From the NCBI GenBank assembly GCA_951406725.2, contig OX597832.1, forward strand, positions 56,420,001 through 56,484,000: a DNA stretch of 64,000 nucleotides, written 5' to 3'. Under the pieces are notes generated by a model, which was not told where the DNA came from, ran no database searches, and was given only the letters and a program-made list of their open reading frames with translations. The DNA comes from Octopus vulgaris (lineage: Eukaryota). Shown one piece after another: positions 25,304 to 36,893 of this stretch; the stretch's first letter is position 1; every line of letters starts with the position of its first letter. The position numbers were made by a program, and so were the translations under genes.

Positions 25304-25472
25304 TTGTCAAAATATTTTCGGCGATGCAGTACGAAGTTTTGTCAGTAAACAGGTCGCGGTCTCAAAGCGACGAAAATATTTTGACAAATTAAATTTAAAT
25401 GTTGAAGTGAATCTAACGGTTTTTGTGTATTTCTTAAATGGCTTATAAACACATTCCACGCTGCAATTATTT
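25304..25472 (+). mobile_element. Element carrying a G3:C8-type hammerhead fold (25338-25388; G5 mutated) with inverted 5' stub
   Basis: TTTGTCA-GTAAACA-G-GTCGC-(9 nt)-GCGAC-GAAA-ATAT-TT-TGACAAA. Homologous to 30008-30210 (-). Confidence 0.65.
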
Positions 25473-26362
25473 CCTTTCTGTTGTCCAAATAACATACAGA
25501 AAGGAATGTTTGTAGACAAACTGAATATATATATGTCTATATATATATATATATATAAGTACACACACATATATTTATACGCATGCACACACACACACAT
25601 ATATAGATAGATAGATAGATAGATACACAGATAGATATATAAATACATATATATACATACATACATATACATGTATATATATACACATGCACACACATAC
25701 AATGGGCTGACTTCAGCCTTTGTTTACCAAATCCATTCACAAGGCTTTAGTTGGCGCTAGGGCTCTGGTAGAAAGCACTTGCCAACATGCTGCACAGTGG
25801 GATGCGACCCAAGTCCACACGGTTGGCAAGCAAGCTGCTTAACCACATAGCCACTATAAATTTTTAAATTATGTAAATGTCTCTTAAGTCCTGATTGTGT
25901 TTTATGATGTTAAAAATAGACAAGACAGAATGGCTAAGGCCTGTGTTGGTTGCCAACAGACAGGCTAATTGTATGCCAGTCCCAGAGCGATTCTCTTTCA
26001 GCTAATTGAACCAAAGCATTTAGAATTATGTCTACTGTTGTCCAAATAACATACAGAAAGGAATGTTAGCAGACAAACTGAATTTATCGACTTTACCAGT
26101 TTATTTCCCCAGTATTGAAAGATGGCTGTGTGATCATCATCATCATCACCATCATCATCATCGTCGTCATCATTTAACATCTGTTTTTCATGCTGGCTTG
26201 GGTTGGACAGTTTGATGGGAGCCGGTAAAACCAAGGGTCACACCAGGTTCCATTGTCTGTTCTGGCATGGTTTATATGGCCGGGTGCCCTTCCTAATGCC
26301 AAGCGCTTTACAAAGTGTCTTTTTTTTCTTCTTCTTCTTAATCCTTTTTTCTCCCTTGTGGA

Positions 26363-26635
26363 GCACAGGGCCGGTTTCCCGGTTTCCTTGGCATATAGGT
26401 TCCCCACCTGGACGAGACACCAGTCCGTCACAGGTGAGCTGCAAGATGCAGGAGGAAAGAGTGAGAGAAAGTTGTGGCAAAAGAGTCAGCAGAAGTTCAC
26501 CATTACCTTCTGCCAGAGATGCGTGGAGCTTAGGTGTTTCGCTCATAAGCACACACATTGCCCGGTCTGAGATTCGAACCCGCGATCCCTTGACCGCGAA
26601 TCCGCTGCTCTAACCACTAGGCCATGTACCTCCAC
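26363..26635 (-). mobile_element. tRNA(Arg, TCG-like)-derived SINE family C inserted in an RTE 3' end
   Basis: Head GTGGAGGTACATGGCCTAGTGGTTAGAGCAGCGGATTCGCGGTC...GGTTCGAATC. TTACAAAGTGT direct repeat at ~26308 and ~26636. Confidence 0.85.
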
Positions 26636-26659
26636 TTACAAAGTGTACTGGGTGCTTTT

Positions 26660-27012
26660 TTTTTACATGGCACTAGCACCAGTGCCTTTGAAGTGGCACT
26701 AGCACTTGGGCTTTTTATGTAGGACCAGTACCAGTGGCTTTTATATGGCACTAGCACCAGTGCCTTTTTTGTGGAACTACCACCGATGCTTTTTACATGG
26801 AACCAGCACTGGGGTTTTTTATGTGACATCATCATCAGTGCTTTTGTGACACCAGCACCAGTGCTTTTGTGACACCAGCACCAGTGCTTTTTACATGGAA
26901 CCAGCACTGGGGTTTTTATGTGACATCATCACCAGTGCTTTTGTGACACCAGCACCAGTGCTTTTGTGACACCAGCACCAGTGCTTTTTACATGGAACCA
27001 TCACCAGTGCTT
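26660..27012. repeat. Minisatellite, ~23-25-bp unit (TTTTGTGACACCAGCACCAGTGC)
   Basis: Tandem degenerate units continuing the RTE 3' UTR repeat. Confidence 0.8.
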
Positions 27013-29301
27013 TATCTAAACTTTCTAAATGTTTGACCTAAAAAAACTAACTAAAATATTCATTCCCATTATTTTCAACATTGTCATCTTTAGAGTACAT
27101 TTTCCCATGTTCACATGGTTTTCATAAAATCTGTCAGTGCAAATTTTCTGTCTGTCTGTCTGTCTTTCTCTCTCAGTCTCTCTCCTGCTCTCTTCATCTT
27201 TCTCTGTGTATCTCTCTGTCGTTCTCTCTGGCCAGGTAACCATGTACCTCCCCTACAGCAAGACACCTGTTTCTGCTCCCCCCACCCTGTCTCACTATAA
27301 CCTTTCATCATCTGACACAAGACCACCTCCTCCTCCAATGCCCCCTCTCCTCTCAAAGGAACTTTGTCCTGCAAGTTACTTGGTGACCCTGCTAATGCAG
27401 GTGCCACTTAAAAAGCATCCAGTCTGCACTGTAAACTGGTTGGCATTTGTAAGGGCATCCAACTGTAAAAACCTTGCCGAAACTGACCTCACTTGTGCTA
27501 GTGCCTTGAAAAAAGAACTCAGCCCACTCTGTTGGGTTGTTGGTGTTAGGAAGGGCATCCAGCCGTAGAAACTCTGCCAAAACAGATACAGAAGTCTGGT
27601 GCAGTTTCCTTCCTGGTGCCATTTCTCTGTCAAACCGTCCAACCCATGCCAGCATGGAAAGCGGATGTTAAATGATGATGATGATGATGATTGGAAATTA
27701 AGGATACTCATTTACTACTATCACATGACGTCATGACAAGATACGCATACTCATGCACACACACACACACACATGTATATGTGTGTGTGCATGTGTGTAT
27801 ATGCATGCACATGCATGTGTGCGTGCATGTATGTGCACATGTGTGTGCACGTGCATGTCCACGTGTGCATGCATGTGTGTGTATATGCATGCATGTGTGT
27901 GCATGTGCATGTGTGTGCATGCACACATGTATGTGTCTGACGGGCTTCTTTCAGTTTCCATCCACCAAATCCACTCACAAAGCTTTGGTCAGCCTGGGGT
28001 CTATAATAGAATACTGTTGCCCAAGGTGCCACACAGTGGGACTGAACCCAAACCCATGCAGTTGGGAAACAACCTTCTCAACCACACAGGTATACTTAAG
28101 CCTATTGTCTTCAACATTGCACATCTCTTGTTATCATTAAGTATATTATGATAAGTATACCACCAAATAAACATAACACTACACCATGATAAGACATGCT
28201 GCGATAAAAGATAAACTGTAATATGAAGGCACAGCTGTGACTGTGGGGTAGGTAGTCTGTTTCCCAACCACATGGTTCCAGGTTCTGTCCCACTGCGTGG
28301 CACCTTGGGCAAGTGTCTTCAACTATAGCCTTATGTGTGGGTTTGGTAGATGGGAACTGAAAGAAGCACATCATATATGTGATTGAGTCTACATTTGTCC
28401 ACCACCACTGCTTGACAACTGGTGTTGGTGTGTTTACATCCCCGTAATTTAACAGTTTGGCAAAAGACACTGATTGAATAAGTAACAGGCTTAAACAAGA
28501 AAAATAAGTACTAGGGTTAATTCGCTTGACTAAAAGCTCTTTGAGACAGTGCCCCAGCATGGCCACAGTCCAATGACTGAAACATGCAAAAGATAACAGA
28601 TAAAAGAATGATGTGATAAATCAATAACAGGAGAATAAAATAATTACCTAATTTATTTACACCGCTGTTAATTATATTTCGGGCAAATGAGGAAAATATT
28701 TGAAATATATTAATTCAATAATCAAATCTAGGTTAGCTAAAAAACAGTGGAGGAATATCTTGTTAATACAGTGTAAAAAATGTATGTCACACACAAACCA
28801 CTTTCAGACATGGGTTAACAACACCGGTGAACAATGGACTTCATAAGCAACATAACTCAATCGACTTACATAATCTGTGTTGGCTGACAGAAGCCAGCAC
28901 AACAACAGAAAGGTGTTTGTGTTTAACTTGTGTAAATGACAATGGCATGACTTTAAGTCTGTACGCTTCTAGGTGACTTTTAAAGTTTTAACCTTCAATG
29001 ATAATATCACTGGCGAAAGATATTGTTTGTTTTGTCTTTATTTTTTGTTTTGTTTTGTTTTGTTGTCTTCATTTTTATTTTATTTATATCATTTAAAAAC
29101 TTCTTTTTTTTTAAAAAAAAAAAAAGGTGTTATTTAACATTGCAATATAGTTTCATTCTCCTTTTTTTAAAATCTTATTTACGTCATTTCAAAAAAAAAC
29201 TTTTTTGAAAAAAAGGTGTTATTTAACATTCCAATATTGTTTCATTCCCCCCTTTTTTAAAAATCTTATTTATGTCATTTAAAAAAAAAACACTTTATAA
29301 G

Positions 29302-29478
29302 CACAGGAGTGGGTGTGTGGTAAGTAGCTTGCTAACCAACCACATGGTTCCGGGTTCAGTCCCACTGCATGATACCTTGGGCAAGTGTCTTCTACTATAG
29401 CCTTGGACCGACCAAAGCCTTGTGAGTGGATTTAGTTGACGGAAACTGAAAGAAGCCCATCGTATATATGTATATATG

Positions 29479-29509
<31 letters not shown>

Positions 29510-29702
29510 CTGTCTTTGTCCCCCAACATCACTTGACAACCGATGGTGGTGTGTTTACATCCCCGTAACTTAGTGGTTCGGCAAAAGAGACCGATAGAAT
29601 AAGTACTAGGCTTACAAAGAATAAGTCCTGGGGTCGATTTGCTCAACTAAAGGTGGTGCTCCAGCATGGCTGCAGTCAAATGACTGAAACAAGTAAAAGA
29701 GT
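29302..29702 (+). mobile_element. SINE family A, full length
   Basis: Head to GAAACAAGTAAAAGAG tail. Further copies at ~28225-28600, 35312-35716, 49600-49920, 61531-61976 and 63352-63725. Confidence 0.9.
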
Positions 29703-30147
29703 AAAAAAGAGAGAGTATGTCCCCCTTTTAATTTATTAAATCTTTTACCATTTAGCCATTTACCTGTTTCAGGTGTTAGACTATGGCCATGCTGGGGCAC
29801 TGTGTTGAAGAATTTTAGTCAAAGAAATCAATCTGGTACTTATTATTTCGTTGTTAAGACTGGTACTTATTCTATCGATATCTTTTGCCAAACTGCTAAG
29901 TTACAGGAATGTAAATACACCAACACTGGTTGCCAAGCAACGGTGACTGACAAACAGACACAAGGATACACACACTTATATATATATGTATAAATATATA
30001 TATATTTATTACGGAGATGTACTTGCATAGCAAGTGACTTGATCTGAGATCGTGTGCTGGAACGAAAACAATTGCAGCATGGAAGGTGTTTATAAGCCAT
30101 TTAAAAAAACACAAAACCGTTAGATTCACTGCAACATTTAAATTTAA

Positions 30148-30198
30148 TTTGTCAAAATATTTTCGGCGCTTTCAGACCGCAACCTGTTCACTGACAAA
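30148..30198 (-). ncRNA. Minimal type-I hammerhead ribozyme motif with G3:C8 core (element ~30008-30210)
   Basis: Minus strand TTTGTCA-GTGAACA-GGTTGC-GGTCTGAAA-GCGCC-GAAA-ATAT-TT-TGACAAA: 7-bp stem I, palindromic ATAT loop; element flanked by (TA)n. Confidence 0.65.
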
Positions 30199-30216
30199 GC
30201 TTCGTGCTGTGTTTGT

Positions 30217-30275
<59 letters not shown>

Positions 30276-30367
30276 GATAGGCTTCTTTCAGTTTCCATTT
30301 ACCAAAGCCATGTGGTTGGGAAGCAAGCTTCTTACCACACAGCCATACCTATATACACACACACATA

Positions 30368-30402
<35 letters not shown>

Positions 30403-30682
30403 TTAATTTTTTTCTTCTTTTTTGCCATGTGTGAGTTACAAATATTGTTGTCTGTGGAGACATATTTTTGTAGAAAAAAGAAATACTAGTCTTTTGGCTG
30501 CTATTTCTAAAATTTTCAGTATGTGATCAAGCAACTTGTTGCAAAATCCTTATTGTTATAATTATATATAAAAAAAACTTTTTGTATAAATTTTTACTGA
30601 ATATGGCCCTTTTCCATACCGAAAAACTACTAGGTGAAATTTGTTGATTTTATTAAATTAACTATCTTTCACCCTATATCTG

Positions 30683-30757
<75 letters not shown>

Positions 30758-31577
30758 GTGGAAGATAGATGGATAGATAGATGTGTGTGTGTGTTTATTT
30801 ATGTTCATTCCCCTCAACTGCTTGACAACAGGTGTTGGTTTGTTTACGTCTCTTAACAGTTTGGCAAAAAAGGTCCATGGAGTAAGTGCCAAAACTATAA
30901 AAAAATAAATAAATACTGGGGTAAATTTGTTTGGCTGACCCCTTCAAGGCAGGAATCCTAGTATGGCCACTGTCCAATGAAGAAAACAAAAAAAGAAAAG
31001 AAGCTAGAAAATAAAAGACAGAAATTGAATGCAAGACAGAAAAATGTAATTAAGCAAGAGATAATGAAATTAAGAAAATTAATTAAATGAATGGTAATAA
31101 TATAATTATAAAAATAAAAGAGATAAATGAAAACTTACCAAATTGTCAATTTTTAAAAAGAAATCTCTAAATCTATTAATTAACATTCAAGTTAATCAAC
31201 TAGATAGAGAACTTTCATTTAATTAGTTTTAAATATTTAAAGGTATTTAATTTGAGTCTTTTATTAATAGGTTTATGCTTTTATTTTATTTTTTTTTCCA
31301 ATTAACTTTTACTTGTTTCGGTCATTTGACTGTGGCCATGCTGGGGCACAGCTATGAAGAATTTTTAGTTGAATGAGTCAACCCAAGTATTAATTTTTTA
31401 CGTTATGTACATTATTTACATTATTTACATTTGACGGATATTTGTCCTTGTTTGTTGTTAACACAACGATTCGGTGGATATACCCTCCAGCCTTCATCAG
31501 GTGTCTTGGGGAAATTTCGAACCTGGGTTCTTGTTCCTAAGGTATTTTTTTTTGTTATTATTATTATTATCATTATT

Positions 31578-32130
31578 GAGTGAGAGAGCAGCACATGCCA
31601 TCAAAGTGACACTGGGGTAAAATATACGAAGCCCAGTATACCCATCATGACTACCCGTCTGATAAGGGGACACTAGGCACATGCATCACAACCATATATG
31701 CGGAACATGGTGATCTCATATCAAGATAAACAGTGCATGACCTTGCAGGTGGGGCCCAGTTAGAATTTTCTTCTGGTCAAGTAACCCATCCTGCTCAAAA
31801 GGTCCCTGAATAAGGGTTGTTTAAGGATGTTGAACAAAACACCCATGTTTCCAGAGGTGAATTATTCAAACCCCAAAGAATCCCTCTCAATGCATGGCTA
31901 TGATGCACCTCACTACTTCTGCTCGTGATCGGAGATGCACATATCGTTAGTCACTAAGGGACATGGTCAACTGGTTATGGTCAAACAACTGACAAGCAAA
32001 TCTGTGGTATTGAGCAGAATATTTGCTGTGGCCCATCTTTTACACCATGGCAAAACAATACACATGATAATACTTCCAATCAGTTAAGATCAGAAGCCAT
32101 GAGAGCCACTGCCTGGTACTGCATCAGGGC

Positions 32131-32132
<2 letters not shown>
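31578..32132 (-). mobile_element. ~555-bp non-coding element inserted in (TAA)n, copy 1
   Basis: GAGTGAGAGAGCAG...GCATCAGGGCAT bounded by (ATT)n. Strand inferred from the truncation pattern. Confidence 0.85.
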
Positions 32133-32164
<32 letters not shown>

Positions 32165-32718
32165 GAGTGAGAGAGCAGTTCATGCCATCAAAGTGACACT
32201 GGGGTAAAATATACGAAGCCCAATATACCCATCATGACTACCCGTCTGATAAGGGTACACCAGGCACATGCATCACAACCATATGTGCGTGACATGGTAA
32301 TCTCATATCAAGATAAACAGCACATGACCTTGCAGGTGGGGTCCAGTTAGAATTTTCTTCAGGTTGAGTAGCCCATTCCGCTCAAACGGTCCCTGAATAA
32401 GGGTTGTTTAAGGATGTTGAAAGAACCACCCATGTTTCCAGAGGTGAATTATTCAAACCCCAAAGAATCCCTCTCAACACATGGCTATGATGCTCCCCCA
32501 CTACTTCTGCTCGTGATCAGAGATGCACATATCATCAGCCACTAAGGGACATGCTCAACTGGTTAAAGTCAAACAACTGACAAGCAAATCTGTGGTACTG
32601 AGCAGAATATTTGCTGTAGCCCATCTTTTACACCATGGCAAAACAATATACATGATAACACTTCCAATCAGTTAAGATCAGAAGCCACGAGAGCCACTGC
32701 CTGGTACTGCATCAGGGC

Positions 32719-32720
<2 letters not shown>
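32165..32720 (-). mobile_element. ~555-bp non-coding element inserted in (TAA)n, copy 2
   Basis: Same termini as copy 1 with scattered substitutions. A fourth partial copy lies at 53656-53914. Confidence 0.85.
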
Positions 32721-32753
<33 letters not shown>

Positions 32754-33186
32754 TCACTGCCTGGAATAGAACTTGGAATCTTGGGTTTAGTAGCCCATGC
32801 TCTTAACCACTACGCCAAACAAGATAAGGACATGCAACATGAAATCGCATGCTTTGCTCAAGAACACAACACACCACCCAGTTCAAGAAATGAAACCATG
32901 ATTTTATGATTATGAATCAACACTCTAACCACTAGACCATAAACCTTAGTGGGAGAATGGGTAAGGCAGTAACTATAACAAATGAAGAAAAATATGTGTT
33001 GAGTGAAGGACATAGGGAAGAGGGGGCAAGAATCACACAGGAAATTCACTTCATTGAAATCTTAGCTCACCAACACAACTCCTGTCACCAAGATTTTTTA
33101 GTAAGTGTTTCTTATACGAACATGAAACCTGATATTTTTAGGAACAGGGAAGTTGTGACATTCATGTCATTTGCAAACGCATTAGT

Positions 33187-33752
33187 TTGTTTCTTTGTTC
33201 CTTCTCGAGCCATGCCTGGCTCATAAGGGCCGGTTTCCCGGTTTCCTTGGCGTATAGGTTCCCCACCTGGACAGGACGCTGGTCCATCACAGGTGAGTTG
33301 CAAGATGCAGGAGGAAAGAGTGAGAGAAAGTTGTGGTGAAAGAGTCAGCAGAAGTTTCACCATTACCTTCTGCCGGAGCCACGTGGAGCTTAGGTGTTTC
33401 GCTCATAAATACACACATCGTCCGGTCTGAGATTCGAACCCGTGATCCCTCGACCACGAGTCCGCTGTACTAACCACTAGGCTATGTGCCTCCACTAAAT
33501 AAATGCGCCCTTTTAAAGCCTAGCCAGGTTCATGCGCCTGGTTTCCCGGTTTCTATGGCGTATGTATTCCCCAGCTGAACGGGATGCCAGTCCATCGCAG
33601 CGTTACTCATTTTTGCGAGCTGAGTGGACTGGAGGAACGTGAAATGAAGTGTTTTGCTCAAGAACACAACGCGTCACCCGGTCCAGGAATCGAAACCACT
33701 ATCTTATGATCATGATGCTGACACCCTAACCACTAAGCTACGCGCCTCCACA
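33187..33752 (-). mobile_element. Head-to-tail pair of two different tRNA-derived SINEs within one 13-bp TSD
   Basis: CAAACGCATTAGT at 33174-33186 and 33753-33765; two GTGGAGGC... heads ending at ~33495 and ~33751. Confidence 0.8.
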
Positions 33753-34202
33753 CAAACGCATTAGTGATGGAAAAGAAAAGAGTTAATTCCAAACGAGGCA
33801 GAGAAATATGGTAATCTGCATAAGATGTTAAATAGATGGCATGACATTAGTTTTGAAATGGATTTGATAATTACCTATTTTTTTAATCTTTTACTTGCTT
33901 CAGTCATTAGACTGCAGTCATGCTTGAGCACTGTCTTGAAGAATTTTTAGCCAAACTAATCAAAATCAACCACAGTGCTTATTTTCTTTTTAAGCCTGGT
34001 GTTTATTCCATCAGATTCTTAAAGAGAAGGACAGGTGTTAAAACCCAAATAGCTTGATTTTTCTTAGCTTAGTAGACAAGTACTTCCCACATACACTTAG
34101 GTTCAGCAAAATATTCAGTAGACATACCTGGAGAATTTCCTTTAGCTATGCACTCAGTGTAAAAAAGATCTGAGTAGGTAGGCCCACACCTGAGGCAGAG
34201 GC

Positions 34203-34640
34203 AAAATGCTCATGTAGGGGTAACACAACATGTCCACTGAATGACCACTGTAACATGGAGACCATTGTATATGAGGCAGAGGTGACAGCCATGGGACCAA
34301 ATGGGCAACCAGATGTGTGAAAGTATATGGGAGCAACTGAAGGCCCCTTCAGAACCCACTATAACAACCACATCCTGGAGAGATGCAACATCACAACCCT
34401 GCCAAGCATGTTTGGTCTTTGAAAGAAAGCGGCCTCAAGTACAGCATCAAGTGGAAGATTCAAGAGAAATGTAAACCACACTTCAATAGCAGCAGGAAGT
34501 GCAGGTTATGCCTAGCTGGGAAAAGAGTGATTTTAAAGAGCACTCAACACCCAGGCATTTACCTGAATAGCAGAAGTGAAATATTTAATCCTTGCCCACA
34601 TGAAAGGAAGTACATCCTATCATACCTGCATGCCCCATCA
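34203..34640 (+). mobile_element. Penelope-like element GIY-YIG endonuclease remnant (pseudogenised)
   Basis: KCSCRGNTTCPLNDHCNMETIVYEAEV...*KYMGATEGPFRTHYNNH, frameshift, then KHVWSLK...IKWKI...CRLCLAGK...LNSRSEIFNPCPHERK (IVY/YMG = GIY/YIG motifs). Confidence 0.85.
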
Positions 34641-36299
34641 TGACTATAATCACTAGTCCCCCAACTTCGGCCTTCCACCAATACTCTCGAGTCTGGCAAG
34701 GAGTTCGACCAGAGCATACACTAATGTACCCGCAAACAAACAAACATACCCCAACATGGTGAACACCTACCCAATAGACCTTTTTCCACCATCCCCAATA
34801 TAAAGTCTCACATATATTTATTTCTTTATTGCTAAACATAGAGGGAACAAATGAGGACAGAGAAAGGGATTAAGTCGATTACATCGACCCCAGTGTGTAA
34901 CAGGTACTTGTTTAATCAATACCGAAAGGATGAAAGGCAAAGTCGACCTTGGCGGAATTTGAACTCAGAACATAATGTATAAGTGCAGCATATCACCAAA
35001 GGTCTGAATCATTTGTCAACATCTCCATGGGACCCAACATTCAAAGATCATGCTTCACCACCTCAGCCCATGTTTTCTCGGGTCCACCTCTTTCACAGGT
35101 TCCCTCAACAGTAACAGATCAGCACTTCTTTATGCAGCTGTCCATGACCATATGTATGTTAAATGTTCAACTTTTATTTGAAACAAGCCTTAAACCCTTT
35201 CAATACCCACCCGCTTAGGACTACATTGAATCCTTCCATCAAAATTTCATGTTAATCTGTTTCAAACACTAGGTTAATAACGACAAAGTTATTTTATTAA
35301 ATCCTTCATTAGGCATAGGAGTGGCTGTGTGGTAAGTAGCTTGCTTACCAACCACATGGTTCTGGGTTCAGTCCCACTGCGTGGCACCTTGAGCAAGAGT
35401 CTTCTACTGTAGCCTCAGACCGACCAAAGCCTTGTGAGTGAATTTGGTAGACGGAAATTGAAAGAAGCCTGTTGTATATATGTATATATATGTGTGCGTG
35501 TGTGTGTGTGTGTATGTTTGTGTGTCTGTGTTTGTCCCCCCCAATATCGCTTGAAAACCAATGCTGGTGTCTTTGCGTCCCAGTAACTTAGAAGTTTGGC
35601 AAAAAGAGACTGATAGAATAAGTACTGGGCTTAAGAAAATAAGTCCTGGGGTCGATTTGCTCAACTAAAGGCGGTGTTCTAGCATGGCCACAGTCAAATG
35701 ATAGAAACAAGTAAAAGTAACAGAAAAGAATATTCTGAAAATATGGCAAGAAAAGGGTTAAACGAAGAATTACTATAAGGTACCTCCATTTAAGGTATCT
35801 AATAGAAATAGTAAATATTTCATAGCAGGTACAAAGCTTTGAATTTATAGGGCAGGTGAAAATAGATTGTGTGACATATTTATTTCAAGAAAGCTATAAA
35901 TTAAGCGGGAAGGTTACAATAGGGAATTGCTTATATTTACACTGCAAGTTAAATAATATGCATTTGTTTGATTCAGTATAAAAGGTGGGAAGACTTTTAA
36001 TAAACTAGCTTTCTTGTGTGATTACTATTTCAGTTTTCCCAGTTGTCTGTTATGTTGCCAACACGAATGACCCTCAAGGACTTAGTAGTCAGTAGCTTAG
36101 ATACAACTTAATTATTTTTATTAAAGTGAAATTCACAATCTATTATGTTGAATCTAAAATTAAAATGTTATTAATAGTAACTAGCAAGTTACTATAGAGT
36201 GAAGAGAGAAAGATAGAGAGATGGTATGGGGAGAGGGGTTCGTTTGAGCACCTGTCTTATAATAATGATGGACTGTCCGAATTACTCTTGTATTGTCTG

Positions 36300-36760
36300 G
36301 AGGCTGTGAACGAAATCCGAGGTGAAAATATTTCGTCGGAGACGAGCACATAAATTAATGACTCGTCCAGCAGTTATCAGCGACTAATTAATGATGCTAG
36401 TACCCTCAAGGTAGCAGCCATTAGCGAAGTGTTATCATGGCATAAGTAACACGTGACCTTATCGCCAGCGAAACACGACATTAAGAAAGAAAAATTTTAA
36501 ATGAAGTCTATCGATTGCAGCAATCAATTTAGCAAAGTACGTAATAATTCGGACAACTTCGTAACATTCCGTCAGTGACGACTTTTCAGCGGCGGACATT
36601 GCCGAAGTAGTGCCTGGAACATCGAACTCTAATTGGTTGAAAAAGCTCAGTGCTTGTTAGTAATTGCAGCAGCTTTGTACCACTCCGGGAGAGATCTCTG
36701 GCGTCGTGTGGCCGATTTCAGGAACAACTAATATCCATTACCACAGCGTAATTTTTAGAA
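36300..36760 (+). promoter_or_regulatory. CpG-retaining proximal promoter / 5' UTR of the Na+/K+-ATPase beta gene
   Basis: Repeat-free and CpG-rich directly upstream of the ATG. CACGTGAC 36450-36457, CGTCAGTGACG 36570-36580, ATTGG 36632-36636. TSS cannot be placed. Confidence 0.55.
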
Positions 36761-36893
36761 ATGGCTAGTTCTGATGTCGATCCGGTTTCTGCCCCTAGTC
36801 AAGCGGGGATTCGACAGAGTTTGGATGATTTTTTAGTATTTCTTTACAACCGCGATACTGGTGAGGTGTGTGGACGAACTGGTAAAAGCTGGG
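36761..36893 (+). CDS. ATP1B: Na+/K+-ATPase beta subunit, first coding exon
   Basis: MASSDVDPVSAPSQAGIRQSLDDFLVFLYNRDTGEVCGRTGKSW+G, donor GTACGT (phase 1). The F.YN..TGE..GRT..SW motif is diagnostic of X,K-ATPase beta subunits. Too short for the ORF track. Confidence 0.93.

Larger units (their letters stand above)
31403..32817 (-). mobile_element. Second copy of the tRNA-head/hammerhead SINE, split by two tandem 555-bp insertions
   Basis: Head at 32748-32817 (TGGCGTAGTGG A-box); 3' part at 31403-31550 with GACAC-CTGATGA-AGGCTG...GAATCG-TT-GTGTT at 31460-31505. Confidence 0.8.

Noticed and set aside
26660-27012. CRISPR-like short repeat array
   Set aside because: Units are contiguous without unique spacers, the context is eukaryotic, and it derives from the RTE 3' UTR repeat.
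29116-29292. ~90-bp local tandem duplication bounded by poly-A/T
   Set aside because: Ordinary slippage-type duplication with no further structure.
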